Program-made: the position numbers and the translations under genes
Shown here: one piece after another, positions 20,164 through 29,501 of the stretch
How the letters are laid out: each line of letters starts with the position of its first letter
Numbering within the stretch: the stretch's first letter is position 1
Assembly (NCBI GenBank): GCA_963770835.1
Contig: CAVYRH010000019.1
Location: forward strand, 352,001-416,000
From: an uncultured Pseudomonadota bacterium
Lineage (GTDB): Bacteria > Oederibacteriota > Muellerivitia > Muellerivitales > Muellerivitaceae
Direction of reading: 5' to 3'
Length of the DNA stretch: 64,000 nucleotides
Notes under the pieces: model-generated
Seen by the model: only the letters and a program-made list of their open reading frames with translations
The model's database searches: none
What the model was told of the DNA's origin: nothing

Positions 20164-20721
20164 TCAGATCTCCATGATTTCTTTTTCTTTGTGCTCGCTG
20201 AGTTTGCCGATTTCCTGGGTGTAGAGGTCTGTCATCTTCTGGATGTGGTCGTGGTGTTTCTTGAACTCGTCCTCGGCGATTTCCTTTTTCATGTGGTCCA
20301 GGGCCTTGTTGGCGTCCTGGCGGATGCCGCGGATGGCTACTCGGCCGCCCTCGGCGTATTTGTGGACCATCTTCACAAATTCCTTCCGCCGTTCTTCGGT
20401 CAAGGGGGGCATGGAAAGGCGGATCACCTTGCCGTCGTTGTTGGGGGCTATCCCCAAGTCGCTCTTCTGGAGGGCTTTCTCAATTTCCCCCAGCGCCTGG
20501 GGGTCCCAGGGCTTCATTTCAAGGGTGCGGGAGTCGGGGACGGAGATATTGGCGACCTGGTTGATGGGGACCGGCGAGCCGTAATATTCCACCTTGATGT
20601 GTTCCACTAGGGCCGCCGAGGCGCGGCCGGTCCGCACCGAGGCGAATTCTCGTTTGGTGGCTTCCACGGCTTTTTTCATCTTGGATTCGGCGTCGTTCAG
20701 GATGGAGTTCGCGTCGGCCAT
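20164..20721 (-). CDS. frr: Ribosome recycling factor
   Basis: VRTGRAS, PPLTEERRKE, KEKEIMEI. Confidence 0.97.
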   Translation of the reverse strand: MADANSILNDAESKMKKAVEATKREFASVRTGRASAALVEHIKVEYYGSPVPINQVANISVPDSRTLEMKPWDPQALGEIEKALQKSDLGIAPNNDGKVIRLSMPPLTEERRKEFVKMVHKYAEGGRVAIRGIRQDANKALDHMKKEIAEDEFKKHHDHIQKMTDLYTQEIGKLSEHKEKEIMEI

Positions 20722-20828
20722 TTTTTCCTCGTATGCACTTGAAGGTGAATAACGCTTTCTTCGAAAGCGGTGAAATATTCCTTTTAAAAGCGGTTCGCCG
20801 ATGGTGTCCGGCTAACAGCCGAATGCCA

Positions 20829-21572
20829 TCAATTCTTTACAAGCGTCCCGATCGGTTCGCCCCACACGGCCCGGCGGATGTTTCCCGGCTGGTGCAGGCT
20901 GAAGACCACGATCGGCAGTTTGTTTTCCATGCAAAGGGTCAGGGCGGTGGTGTCCATCACCTTCAGGCGGCGGTTGATGGCGTCGATATAGGTGAGGTTC
21001 TTGAACTTCTTGGCCTTGGGGTCCTTTTTGGGGTCGGCGCTGTAGATGCCGTCCACGTTGGTGGCCTTCAAAATGGCGTCCGCGCCGATCTCGATGGCCC
21101 TCAAGGCCGCGGCCGTGTCGGTGGTGAAGTAAGGATTGCCCGTGCCGCCCGCGAAAATCACGATGCGGCCCTTTTCTATGTGCCGCAAGGCCCTTCGCCG
21201 GATGTAGGGTTCGGCCACCTTGGACATCTCAATGGCACTTTGGACCCGCGTGTGGGCCCCCTGCTTTTCCAGGGCGTTCTGCAGGGCCAGGGCGTTGATG
21301 AGGGTGGCCAGCATGCCCATATAGTCGGAGGAAACCCGGTCCATCCCCATGCGCTCGCCGTCCGCGCCGCGGTAGATGTTGCCGCCCCCGATGACGAGGG
21401 CGATCTCGACCCCGGATTTTTGAACCTCGAAAACGGCCTTCGCGATGGCCTGGACGACTTTTTCATCGATGCGGTGTTCGTTGTCTCCGGCCAGGGCTTC
21501 GCCGGAAAGCTTCAATAAAACACGCCGGTAGAGGGGGCTGGACTTTGAACCTTTGGAGGAAGCTGGAGCCAT
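20829..21572 (-). CDS. pyrH: UMP kinase
   Basis: [36 protein letters not shown]. Confidence 0.97.
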   Translation of the reverse strand: MAPASSKGSKSSPLYRRVLLKLSGEALAGDNEHRIDEKVVQAIAKAVFEVQKSGVEIALVIGGGNIYRGADGERMGMDRVSSDYMGMLATLINALALQNALEKQGAHTRVQSAIEMSKVAEPYIRRRALRHIEKGRIVIFAGGTGNPYFTTDTAAALRAIEIGADAILKATNVDGIYSADPKKDPKAKKFKNLTYIDAINRRLKVMDTTALTLCMENKLPIVVFSLHQPGNIRRAVWGEPIGTLVKN

Positions 21573-21626
21573 TCGCTCATTCCCTTAACGTTTTCACCGC
21601 CGAGACCTAGAGAACAGCAAAAATGA

Positions 21627-22217
21627 TTATTCGCCGAGCTGCAACCTGGCGAAGCGGCGGACCACCACGTTCTCACCCAGCTTGGCGGCCACCTCGGTGA
21701 CATAGTCCTTCACGTTTTTCTTGGGTTCGCGGATATAGGGCTGATCCAACAGGCATACCTGCTTATAGTAGCTCTCGATCTTCCCCTCGGCGATCTTTTG
21801 CTGGACCGCTTCCAGCTTTCCCGATTGCTTGGCTTCGTTCAGGTAGATGGACTTTTCCTGTTCCAGCTCGGCGGCCGGAACTTCCTCGCGGCTGACGTAT
21901 TTGGGCGAGGAAGCGGCTACTTGCATCGCCAGTTCCTTGGCCAAATTTTGGAAATCATCGGTCTTGGCCACGAAATCCGTCTCGCAATTGACTTCCACCA
22001 GCACGCCAACCTTGCCGCCGTGGATATAGCTGCCGATAACGCCTTGGTTGGCGCTGCGGCCAGAGCGCTTGGCCACTTGGGACATTCCTTTTTCCCTGAG
22101 CCAAACGACGGCCTTTTCGAAGTCCCCTTTGGTTTCCGAGAGGGCCTTTTTGCAATCCATCATTCCCGCGCCTGTTTTTTCACGCAGGTCTTTTACCGCG
22201 TTTGCCGTGATTTCCAT
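21627..22217 (-). CDS. tsf: Elongation factor Ts (short, 196 aa form)
   Basis: [29 protein letters not shown]; start MEITAN at 22217. Confidence 0.96.
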   Translation of the reverse strand: MEITANAVKDLREKTGAGMMDCKKALSETKGDFEKAVVWLREKGMSQVAKRSGRSANQGVIGSYIHGGKVGVLVEVNCETDFVAKTDDFQNLAKELAMQVAASSPKYVSREEVPAAELEQEKSIYLNEAKQSGKLEAVQQKIAEGKIESYYKQVCLLDQPYIREPKKNVKDYVTEVAAKLGENVVVRRFARLQLGE

Positions 22218-22269
22218 TTTGAAAACTCCTCTGTTTTCATCCTTGAAAGCCGTGCCGGTTAGGGCACGC

Positions 22270-23250
22270 TTACTTTTGGGGCTTGTCCTCGCGAACCCGC
22301 TTGGTGCGGATACGCTCGACTTTTTCATTGGCCAGCTCATCGGCGATGACCGCCACGGTTTTGGCGTCGCCGGCTAGGGTCTCCACGCTGCCCACCAGGA
22401 GCTCGGCCTCTTCCTTTTTATCCTCGGGGGTTTCGGCTTCCGCGGCGGCTTCCGCCGTGGTTTCTCCTTCGGAAGGGGTGGCGGTTTCTTGTTCAGCCGC
22501 CGCCAGCATTTCTTCGCCCACTTCGGTGGGCCCCACTGCGGCATCGGGTGACACTTCCTTGCCTTCCAGTTCCTTGGAACGCCCTTCCAGGACAGCCGAG
22601 GCCATGACCGAGGTCATGAGCTTGACCGCGCGAATGGCATCGTCGTTTCCGGGGACAACGACGTCCACTTCACTCGGGTCGCAATTGGTGTCCACCACCG
22701 CCACCACGGGAATGCCCAGTTTGCGGGCTTCCTGGACGGCGATATGTTCCTTCTTGGTGTCGATGACGAAAATGGCGCCCGGCAGTTTCGGGAGATTCTT
22801 GATGCCGCCAAGGGATCGTTCCAGCTTTAGCTTGTCCTTGTTCAACCCGGCTTGTTCCTTCTTGGAACGGGCGGCCATTTCCTGTTCGGAAATGCTTTCC
22901 AGTTCCTTCAGGTAGCTGATGGACTTTTTAATAGTGGTGAAATTGGTGAGCATACCGCCCAGCCACCGGTAGTTGACGTAGGGCATGCCGCAGCGGTCGG
23001 CCTCTTCCTTGATGGCGTCCTGGGCCTGCTTCTTGGTGCCGACAAAAACGATGGTTTCGCCCGAAGCGGCCAAGTCCTTGACGAACTGGTAGGCTTCCTT
23101 GAGTTTTTTGACGGTTTTTTGGAGGTCGATAATGTGAATCCCGTTGCGCTCACCGAATATATAGATGGCCATCTTGGGATTCCAACGGCGGGTCTGGTGG
23201 CCGAAATGCACACCAGCTTCCAACAACTGCTTCATCGAAACGGACATCAT
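22270..23250 (-). CDS. rpsB: 30S ribosomal protein S2 with acidic C-terminal extension
   Basis: [38 protein letters not shown]. Confidence 0.98.
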   Translation of the reverse strand: MMSVSMKQLLEAGVHFGHQTRRWNPKMAIYIFGERNGIHIIDLQKTVKKLKEAYQFVKDLAASGETIVFVGTKKQAQDAIKEEADRCGMPYVNYRWLGGMLTNFTTIKKSISYLKELESISEQEMAARSKKEQAGLNKDKLKLERSLGGIKNLPKLPGAIFVIDTKKEHIAVQEARKLGIPVVAVVDTNCDPSEVDVVVPGNDDAIRAVKLMTSVMASAVLEGRSKELEGKEVSPDAAVGPTEVGEEMLAAAEQETATPSEGETTAEAAAEAETPEDKKEEAELLVGSVETLAGDAKTVAVIADELANEKVERIRTKRVREDKPQK

Positions 23251-23261
23251 GGTACAGCTCC

Positions 23262-23360
23262 TTTAAGTTTTTCCACCGCTTTTTCTTTCCGCGCTCGGCG
23301 GGTTCCTTTCCAACCCAGGGGGCCACTGAAAGGAACATCGAAAAAGCGTGAGAGATAGGC
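23262..23360 (-). ncRNA. rpsB 5' leader, probable S2 autoregulatory (t44-like) structure
   Basis: Nested stems on the minus strand: CACGCTTTTTC/GAAAAAGCGGTG and GTTCCTTTC/GAAAGGAAC, directly upstream of the rpsB RBS; an extended -10 (TGCTATAAC) lies near 23415-23423. Confidence 0.6.
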
Positions 23361-23506
23361 CGACGGCGGACCGTCGTGCCTGCTTGGTAGGCAACCCCCG
23401 CCAAAGCCCGACGGTTATAGCATGAATAAGCCCGGAATCACAAGGCCTTATTGCCGGACCGTTTTTCCCGGGGTTCGGAACTAGCCTACCTAAAACCTTT
23501 TTTTAA

Positions 23507-25723
23507 TCAGCGTTTCGGCTGGCTTCCCATCTTGAACACGATGGTCTTGCCGTAAATCAGCGTGTCATGGTTGATGAAATCTTTCTTATAATCCACGCCG
23601 TCCACCTGGATGGACTGGATATAAAGGTTTTTATCGGAATTATTGATGGTCTTCAAGGTCAACAGCCCGGCGGGGTAAATCATCTTGTTCAAATGGGCGT
23701 CCACCTGTTGGAACAGGGGGCTCCCAATTTGATAAGTGTTGCTGCCGGGGCAAACGGGATAAAAGCCGATCGCGGAAAAGACGTACCAAGCCGACATGAC
23801 GCCGCAATCGTCGTTGCCGGGAATCCCATCGGGGGTGTTCTTGTAATACTTATCCATGATCTCCCGCACTTCCTGCTGGGACCGCCAGGCTTCCTTCGGC
23901 ACATAATCGAAAAGATAGGGCCATGCGATATCCGGTTCGTTGGTGGCGTCATAGTGCCCCCCCTCGAAACATTCCTTCAGGCGGTCCACGAACATCTGGT
24001 CGCCGCCCAAAAGCATCTTCAGCCCGTCCATGTCGTGGGGAACGAAGAACAGATATTGCCAGGCGCTACCTTCCACGTAACCGGGTCCACCGTTGTCCGG
24101 CCAGCTTTGGTCGCAGCAGGTGGCCAAGGGGTTGAAAGGTGTCATAAAAGAGCCGTCGCGGTTCTTTGCCCTTAGAAAGCCAGTGGAGGGGTCGTAAAAA
24201 TTCCGGTAAACACCCGAAAGATGGATGTATTTCTCGTAGTCATCCTTTTTCTTTAAGTCTTTGGCCATTTGGGCCAGGCACCAGAAGTCATAGGAATATT
24301 CCAGGCTGGTGGAAACTGATCCCCAAAGGTAATCCCCGCTGTCGTCGTCCTTGGGAATATAGCCGTATTGTAAGAGGGACTTAAGACCCCCGTAGGTCTT
24401 GTTATCCTTGGGATTCAGGCTCTTGACCATGGCCTCGTAAGCGGAGTCAACGTCAAAATCCTTCAGGCCCTGGCGGTAGGTGTCCAGAATCACCGGAACC
24501 GCGGGGCATCCCACCATAACGCTTGTTTCATTTCCTCCCAGTTCCCACTTGGGCAGCCAGCCGCTTTCCTTGGCCATCTCCACGAGGGTCTTGGTCATGT
24601 CCAAATCCCGTTCCGGGTAAAAGAGCCCCAAGAGGGGATGCAGGTTTCGATAGGTGTCCCATAAGGAGTACACGTGGTATCGGGTGTAGTCCTTGGCGGT
24701 CTCCACTCCCTTGTGGCCCATTTCCTGGTACTCATTGTTCACGTCGGAAAAAACGCTGGGGTGGATCAGGGCGTGGTAAAGGGCGGTATAAAAAATGGTT
24801 TTTTGGTCGCCGGTTCCGCCGGTCACCTGGAGGCGGGACAGGGCGTCGTCCCAGGCCTTGCTGGCGGAGGCCCGGAGGGTCTCAAAATCCCATCCCGTTA
24901 TTTCTGTTTTTAAATTCAGCCTGGCGTTTTCGATGCTGACATAAGAAATTCCCACCCTGGCCATAATGGGCTCCTGCCCTGCCGTGGAAAAACGGAAAAA
25001 GGCCCCGATGCCCTTACCCTTTTGTTCCCGGTCATCCGACGCGGAGTCTCCTCTCCACGTTCCGGTGCGGACCGCGTGTTTGCTGAACTGGATCACGAAA
25101 TAGGTTGTTTGCTTGTTACCGGCATAAGGGCTGCAAAAGTCGCCGCTCTCGGCGTAACCCTCCGCTTCGTTTTTGGAGACGATCTTTACGTAAGACTCGA
25201 AAGAGGGGGATTTCAAAGTGACGGGGTCAGTGGTCAAGCGGCGCCCTAAATCGAGGAGGATGTTGGCATCCCCTTTCCGCGCCGGGAAGAAATACTGACT
25301 TAAACCGGCGTGGGTGGTGGCCGTCATCTCGGCCTGGATGTCGTAGGTTTTCAGGTGGACGGAATAATAACCCGGAGTGGCCTTTTCCAGGTCATATCCC
25401 GATTCCCATTTTTCCGGGTCGGATTCGACATTCCCGGTTGTAGGCATCAAAACAACGCTTCCCAGGTCGGGGCATCCCGTGCCGCTCAAGTGAACATGCC
25501 CGAAACCGTAAATCGCGGGACTGCTATAGGTATAACCCGAGGGGGACCTGAAGTCGTTATGGGGTGAAACCGACACCATGCCCCAAGGCACCAGCGCGCC
25601 CGGAAAGGTGTTGCCTCCATGAGCCGTTCCAATGAAGGGGTTCACCCAATCCACCGGGCCGGCCCAGGAGATGCCCACCAGCCAGAAGAGGGCGAAAGAA
25701 ATTCCAGATTTACGGTTAAACAA
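23507..25723 (-). CDS. GH92 alpha-1,2-mannosidase, secreted
   Basis: VNPFIGT...GNTFPGA, HLSGTGC, SLWDTYR, YVEGSAWQY, NEPD, PGNDDCGVMSAWYVF. Confidence 0.93.
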   Translation of the reverse strand: MFNRKSGISFALFWLVGISWAGPVDWVNPFIGTAHGGNTFPGALVPWGMVSVSPHNDFRSPSGYTYSSPAIYGFGHVHLSGTGCPDLGSVVLMPTTGNVESDPEKWESGYDLEKATPGYYSVHLKTYDIQAEMTATTHAGLSQYFFPARKGDANILLDLGRRLTTDPVTLKSPSFESYVKIVSKNEAEGYAESGDFCSPYAGNKQTTYFVIQFSKHAVRTGTWRGDSASDDREQKGKGIGAFFRFSTAGQEPIMARVGISYVSIENARLNLKTEITGWDFETLRASASKAWDDALSRLQVTGGTGDQKTIFYTALYHALIHPSVFSDVNNEYQEMGHKGVETAKDYTRYHVYSLWDTYRNLHPLLGLFYPERDLDMTKTLVEMAKESGWLPKWELGGNETSVMVGCPAVPVILDTYRQGLKDFDVDSAYEAMVKSLNPKDNKTYGGLKSLLQYGYIPKDDDSGDYLWGSVSTSLEYSYDFWCLAQMAKDLKKKDDYEKYIHLSGVYRNFYDPSTGFLRAKNRDGSFMTPFNPLATCCDQSWPDNGGPGYVEGSAWQYLFFVPHDMDGLKMLLGGDQMFVDRLKECFEGGHYDATNEPDIAWPYLFDYVPKEAWRSQQEVREIMDKYYKNTPDGIPGNDDCGVMSAWYVFSAIGFYPVCPGSNTYQIGSPLFQQVDAHLNKMIYPAGLLTLKTINNSDKNLYIQSIQVDGVDYKKDFINHDTLIYGKTIVFKMGSQPKR

Positions 25724-25809
25724 ACGGTCCTCCGTTTTTGTTTTTAAAAGGGCTCGCTAGGCCCTAAAATGAATTCGCCTTCCGGGATACCACTCAACGG
25801 GAGATTTTC

Positions 25810-26829
25810 TTGCACCTTCGGCCCCAATTATCCTCGATCCGCGCCCGCTTTGGATATCCTTATCACCAGTGGATGACCCAGGAATTCGACGAACCTGGCT
25901 GGAACCTGGTCCAGAAAAGCATCCTTCAAAAGCGTGCCCATGACGTCACGATGTTGATCGAGGGGCCGGACGGCCGCTTCGCCCTCATGAGCAAGCACAG
26001 TTACCCTCCCGGCATTTTCCGGTCCCCTTCCGGCGGCGTCAAACCCGGGGAGGACCTGGTCGCGGGCGCCCTCCGGGAAGCCAAGGAGGAAACCGGCCTG
26101 GATATTAATTTAAAACGGTTTCTTCTCGACATCACCCTGGACATCAGCCACGCCGGCGAGTTGGTTACCTGGGATTCCTATATTTTTTACGCTACGACCC
26201 AGGACACCAAGTTGAGGCCCACCGACCTCAAGGAAGTCAAAGACACGGTATGGGCTGGCCGGGAACACCTGCAAGCCATGGCGCTAAAATTGAAGGAAAC
26301 GGGGAACGGCGGGTTGATGTACCGGGGGGATTTAACCGCCGCCTCCCTCTGGGCGCTGGACAACGAGCTGGTCATGCGGGAAGCAACCTCCCGGGACAAG
26401 GCCGGCATCACCCATTCGCTCCTGGCCAATAAACTCCTGGTCCAAAAGCCGGAGCAGACGCTTTGGTGGATCCCGGAGGTCCACGGTTTTTCCTCGGGCA
26501 CCGTCGGCATCACCCTCCATAACGACTGCGCGGAGCTGACGGGGCTGACGGTGGACCCTCTTTTCCGCGGCCGGGGCCTGGGCCATGCCATGGTGGAATA
26601 CGTCTGTGACCAATGGGCGAACCCGGCCAAGCGCAAGCGGCTTTCGGACCGGTTGAAAACGCCCATCTTGAGCGACAAGCTGTGGCTGACGACGGCGATG
26701 CCGGGCTATTTCTTGCCCGTTAATTTCATCATCACCGATTTGGGGCTCCTGCCCAAGAGCCTCAAGGAACAGCTTTCGGGCCTTCGTGCCAAGTGGCAGG
26801 GCATGCGTTACCAATATTACAATCTTTAA
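25810..26829 (+). CDS. NUDIX hydrolase fused to a GNAT acetyltransferase domain
   Basis: Nudix box GGVKPGEDLVAGALREAKEETG; C-terminal acetyl-CoA motif VDPLFRGRGLGHAM. Start uncertain. Confidence 0.8.
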   Translation: MHLRPQLSSIRARFGYPYHQWMTQEFDEPGWNLVQKSILQKRAHDVTMLIEGPDGRFALMSKHSYPPGIFRSPSGGVKPGEDLVAGALREAKEETGLDINLKRFLLDITLDISHAGELVTWDSYIFYATTQDTKLRPTDLKEVKDTVWAGREHLQAMALKLKETGNGGLMYRGDLTAASLWALDNELVMREATSRDKAGITHSLLANKLLVQKPEQTLWWIPEVHGFSSGTVGITLHNDCAELTGLTVDPLFRGRGLGHAMVEYVCDQWANPAKRKRLSDRLKTPILSDKLWLTTAMPGYFLPVNFIITDLGLLPKSLKEQLSGLRAKWQGMRYQYYNL

Positions 26830-26872
26830 AAAATCTTAAAGCCAAAGATTGACGCCAAAGGTTTTGCACCCC

Positions 26873-27256
26873 ATGAATCCCATTTTGAAAAAATTGCTTT
26901 TCAAAGCCCAAAACCCCCTTTTGCTCCTGGGAGCGCCCAAGGAATTCCAAAAAACCGCCGGGGCTTTCGGCGTGACGGTGCATTCCACACCCAAGGGCTC
27001 TTACGACTTTATCCTGGCCTTCGCCTATTCCCTGGCCGATGCGAAAAAAATTGCCGGAACAGTCTCAAAAGCCCTATCGGAAAAGGGGATTTTTTGGATG
27101 GCTTACCCGAAGGGAACGTCCAAGAAATACAAAGCGGATATCAACCGGGACAGCGGTCACACGCTTACGGAAAAATTGGGATTTTTGGGAGTATCCCTGG
27201 TGGCCATCGATGAGGATTGGTCCGCGATGCGATACAAAAGGGCAGTCCACAGTTAA
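26873..27256 (+). CDS. Hypothetical protein (DUF3052-like)
   Basis: FWMAYPKGTSKKYKADINRD and VSLVAIDEDWSAMR; likely start MNPILKKL. Confidence 0.7.
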   Translation: MNPILKKLLFKAQNPLLLLGAPKEFQKTAGAFGVTVHSTPKGSYDFILAFAYSLADAKKIAGTVSKALSEKGIFWMAYPKGTSKKYKADINRDSGHTLTEKLGFLGVSLVAIDEDWSAMRYKRAVHS

Positions 27257-27346
27257 CAGTTCGCTGTCGACAGCTCACAAGGAAGGCTTAAAACCGCAAA
27301 TTCGGAGTCTTGCTGCCGGCTGTGGACTGTCGGCTGTTGACTGCCG
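27241..27346. repeat. Inverted pair of tandem heptamer arrays
   Basis: Left CAGTCCA CAGTTAA CAGTTCG CTGTCGA CAGCTCA; right CTGCCGG CTGTGGA CTGTCGG CTGTTGA CTGCC; lies between convergent stop codons. Confidence 0.7.
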
Positions 27347-28054
27347 TTACTTCGCCAGAGGTTTTCGTTTCCAGGAACAAAGCCAGCGGTACCCCAGCCA
27401 GCCTATCAGCCAGGAATAAGCCAGAACCGGTAGGAAATGCTCCAGGCAGATATGCGTTAAATTGTGGCTGCCACAATGGAGGGTAACCACTTCCAGTCCC
27501 ACTAAGAAGGCTGACAGACCGGCCCAAACCGCCACCCGGCGCGCGTTCAAGGGCGCGTTGTGGCGGATCAACAAGCCCAGCCCCAGCCAGGAAAGCAATC
27601 CCACCAGCAGGACCACCACAAAACACGAGGAAAAGAAGGGGTGGTGCGGGTAGTTTTCGGCGGCATCCCAGGGAAGGAAAAGGACGAAGAGCAGAAAAGC
27701 CAGCCCATATAAAAGAACTGCCACCCAAGTCTTCCATTTCCCTTGGGATTCCCCCGCCGGAATGCTGGCTTCAATGGCCCCCCAAGCCGCCAGGGCGGCA
27801 CCCACGAAGATCAGGACGGTCATTAATTGAAAGGATAAATGGGCCCAATTATCCGCAAAGTCCCCCCGGAACGAAACGCGGATTAAAAAGAGACCGACTA
27901 GCAAAGAAATCCCGGCGACCCAGCACAGCCACTGGCCCCAAACGGGCATGGGGGATTTTACCGGCTTAAGGCCATGGGTCAGTCTTTCCACCGCCTCACA
28001 GTGGATGGACGGCATGCCTTTTTCAACCTTGTGTTTTGAGTTTTTCCGTTTCAT
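27347..28054 (-). CDS. nrsF: NrsF-family (DUF1109) membrane anti-sigma factor
   Basis: About 6 TM segments, LKPVK, two Cys (SSCF, TLHCGSH), HFLP; translationally coupled to the ECF sigma. Confidence 0.75.
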   Translation of the reverse strand: MKRKNSKHKVEKGMPSIHCEAVERLTHGLKPVKSPMPVWGQWLCWVAGISLLVGLFLIRVSFRGDFADNWAHLSFQLMTVLIFVGAALAAWGAIEASIPAGESQGKWKTWVAVLLYGLAFLLFVLFLPWDAAENYPHHPFFSSCFVVVLLVGLLSWLGLGLLIRHNAPLNARRVAVWAGLSAFLVGLEVVTLHCGSHNLTHICLEHFLPVLAYSWLIGWLGYRWLCSWKRKPLAK

Positions 28055-28614
28055 TTCTTAGCGCGATTCTCCAATAAAATCTTTTTAAGCCGAGCATAGC
28101 CCCGGTGGGCCCGCACCTTGAGGGCGCTCCCCGAGATGCCCAACTTTAAGGCGGATTCCTCCACGGTCAACCCCTCAATCTTGAGCATTTCCACCGGCCG
28201 TCGCAAACTCTCCGGTAGTTTTAACAGGGCCTGGTGCAGTTCGTCGCTAAGGCTTCCATCCCTCTTATCCAGGGGGGCTGACTCGGGCAGGACCTCCACC
28301 GGCACTTCCCTTTCGGCGAACTTACGGTTCCGGCCGATAGCATCCAGGAAGGCGTTGTGGGCGATCGTGAAAAGCCAGGGGGCGAAGGGGCGGTTGGCCA
28401 TATAGCTGTGCCGGGCCCGGTGGAGGGTGAAAAGAACCTCCTGGTAGACGTCGTCCACCAGGGACTTGTTGAAAACCCGGCGGCGGACGTAGGCGTAGAG
28501 AAGCGGCCCCACTTCATTCAGAAGAGTGCGGTAGGTTTCTTCATCCCCTTCCTGGACCCGCTTCATCATATGGGACCAGGACTGCCATTGTGACGGGCTG
28601 GCTTTCAATAACAC
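28051..28614 (-). CDS. ECF sigma-70 factor (ECF16/SigF-like)
   Basis: DDVYQEVLFTLHRARHSY...RPFAPWLFTIAHN and ALKVRAHRGYARL; the start may be TTG at 28608. Confidence 0.88.
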   Translation of the reverse strand: MLLKASPSQWQSWSHMMKRVQEGDEETYRTLLNEVGPLLYAYVRRRVFNKSLVDDVYQEVLFTLHRARHSYMANRPFAPWLFTIAHNAFLDAIGRNRKFAEREVPVEVLPESAPLDKRDGSLSDELHQALLKLPESLRRPVEMLKIEGLTVEESALKLGISGSALKVRAHRGYARLKKILLENRAKK

Positions 28615-28624
28615 TCCTTTGGGG

Positions 28625-28652
28625 TTACGGTCGGGGGCACGGAAAAGGTTAC
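28625..28652 (-). promoter_or_regulatory. Candidate autoregulatory ECF promoter GTAACC-N17-CGTAA
   Basis: Resembles the ECF16 (Caulobacter SigF) consensus GTAACC-N16-CGAA and sits immediately upstream of the sigma RBS. Confidence 0.55.
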
Positions 28653-28653
28653 C

Positions 28654-29352
28654 TTATCCTAATAAATCCAGGGCTTCCTTGAGTTCCATGATACGGCAGG
28701 TGTAGATGGGCGTGTCGCGAACCGTATATTTGGAGCCCTCGGTTTCCCGCAGGGCCATGACCAGGTCCAGGAAATCCTGGGGCGTATCTGTCTCGAAGGC
28801 CACCACGAAGTCCTGGTCATCCAGGCCGAAGGAATAGGTGGTGTTCAGTTTCACCGAGGGATAGAGGTTGCCCACGCGGATATGCTCATCCATGACCTTC
28901 TGGCGGGATTCCTTGGAAAGAAGGTACCATTCGCGGGTCTTCACGAAAGGATAGATGAAGATGTACTTGAACCGTCCGGGATAAATGTTGGTGCGGGATT
29001 CCTCGCTCCCGCCCACATGCTGGTGCTTGTCGATATAGGTGCTGCGCTTGGTCATGGAAAGATAGGAAGCGGGCCGGTTGAGGTAAGGCCCCAGGGTGGA
29101 CTTTAGGATAACCGAGCCCAGTTTTTGGATGGCGTCCAGGTCGTAACTGATGCTCCACAGCAACAAGTCAACGTCGGCTTTGAAGCCCACAGTGGAATAG
29201 GAAAGCAGGATGCCTTCTTTTTTGAAGCTTTCGACGGCCTCAACGAAGGACTTTTTGGCCTTCTCCCGTTCGGCCGCCGGCAGGCCGCGGAACTCCTCGG
29301 AAATCTTGTAGAAAGCGAAACTGACGTACTGGCGTTTGGCTGGATCGGCCAT
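28654..29352 (-). CDS. Chlorite dismutase superfamily heme protein, probably coproheme decarboxylase (ChdC/HemQ)
   Basis: YPFVKTREWYLL, proximal His in MDEHIRVG, SFGLDDQDFVVAFE, RDTPIY; no distal Arg. Confidence 0.8.
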   Translation of the reverse strand: MADPAKRQYVSFAFYKISEEFRGLPAAEREKAKKSFVEAVESFKKEGILLSYSTVGFKADVDLLLWSISYDLDAIQKLGSVILKSTLGPYLNRPASYLSMTKRSTYIDKHQHVGGSEESRTNIYPGRFKYIFIYPFVKTREWYLLSKESRQKVMDEHIRVGNLYPSVKLNTTYSFGLDDQDFVVAFETDTPQDFLDLVMALRETEGSKYTVRDTPIYTCRIMELKEALDLLG

Positions 29353-29501
29353 TTTTTACCCCTGACGGAAATGGATTTTGGAGGGCGTATTCTATGCCGC
29401 GGCCCCTAAAAAATCAAAGCAACCTCTTTGGACGCAAATGATCACCGTTCACAAAAAGGAAAAATCCAAAATTTTAAATTTATTATCTGCGCAAATTCGC
29501 G

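Noticed and set aside
28654..29352. Functional chlorite dismutase
   Set aside because: The distal Arg is absent and there is no perchlorate-reduction context.
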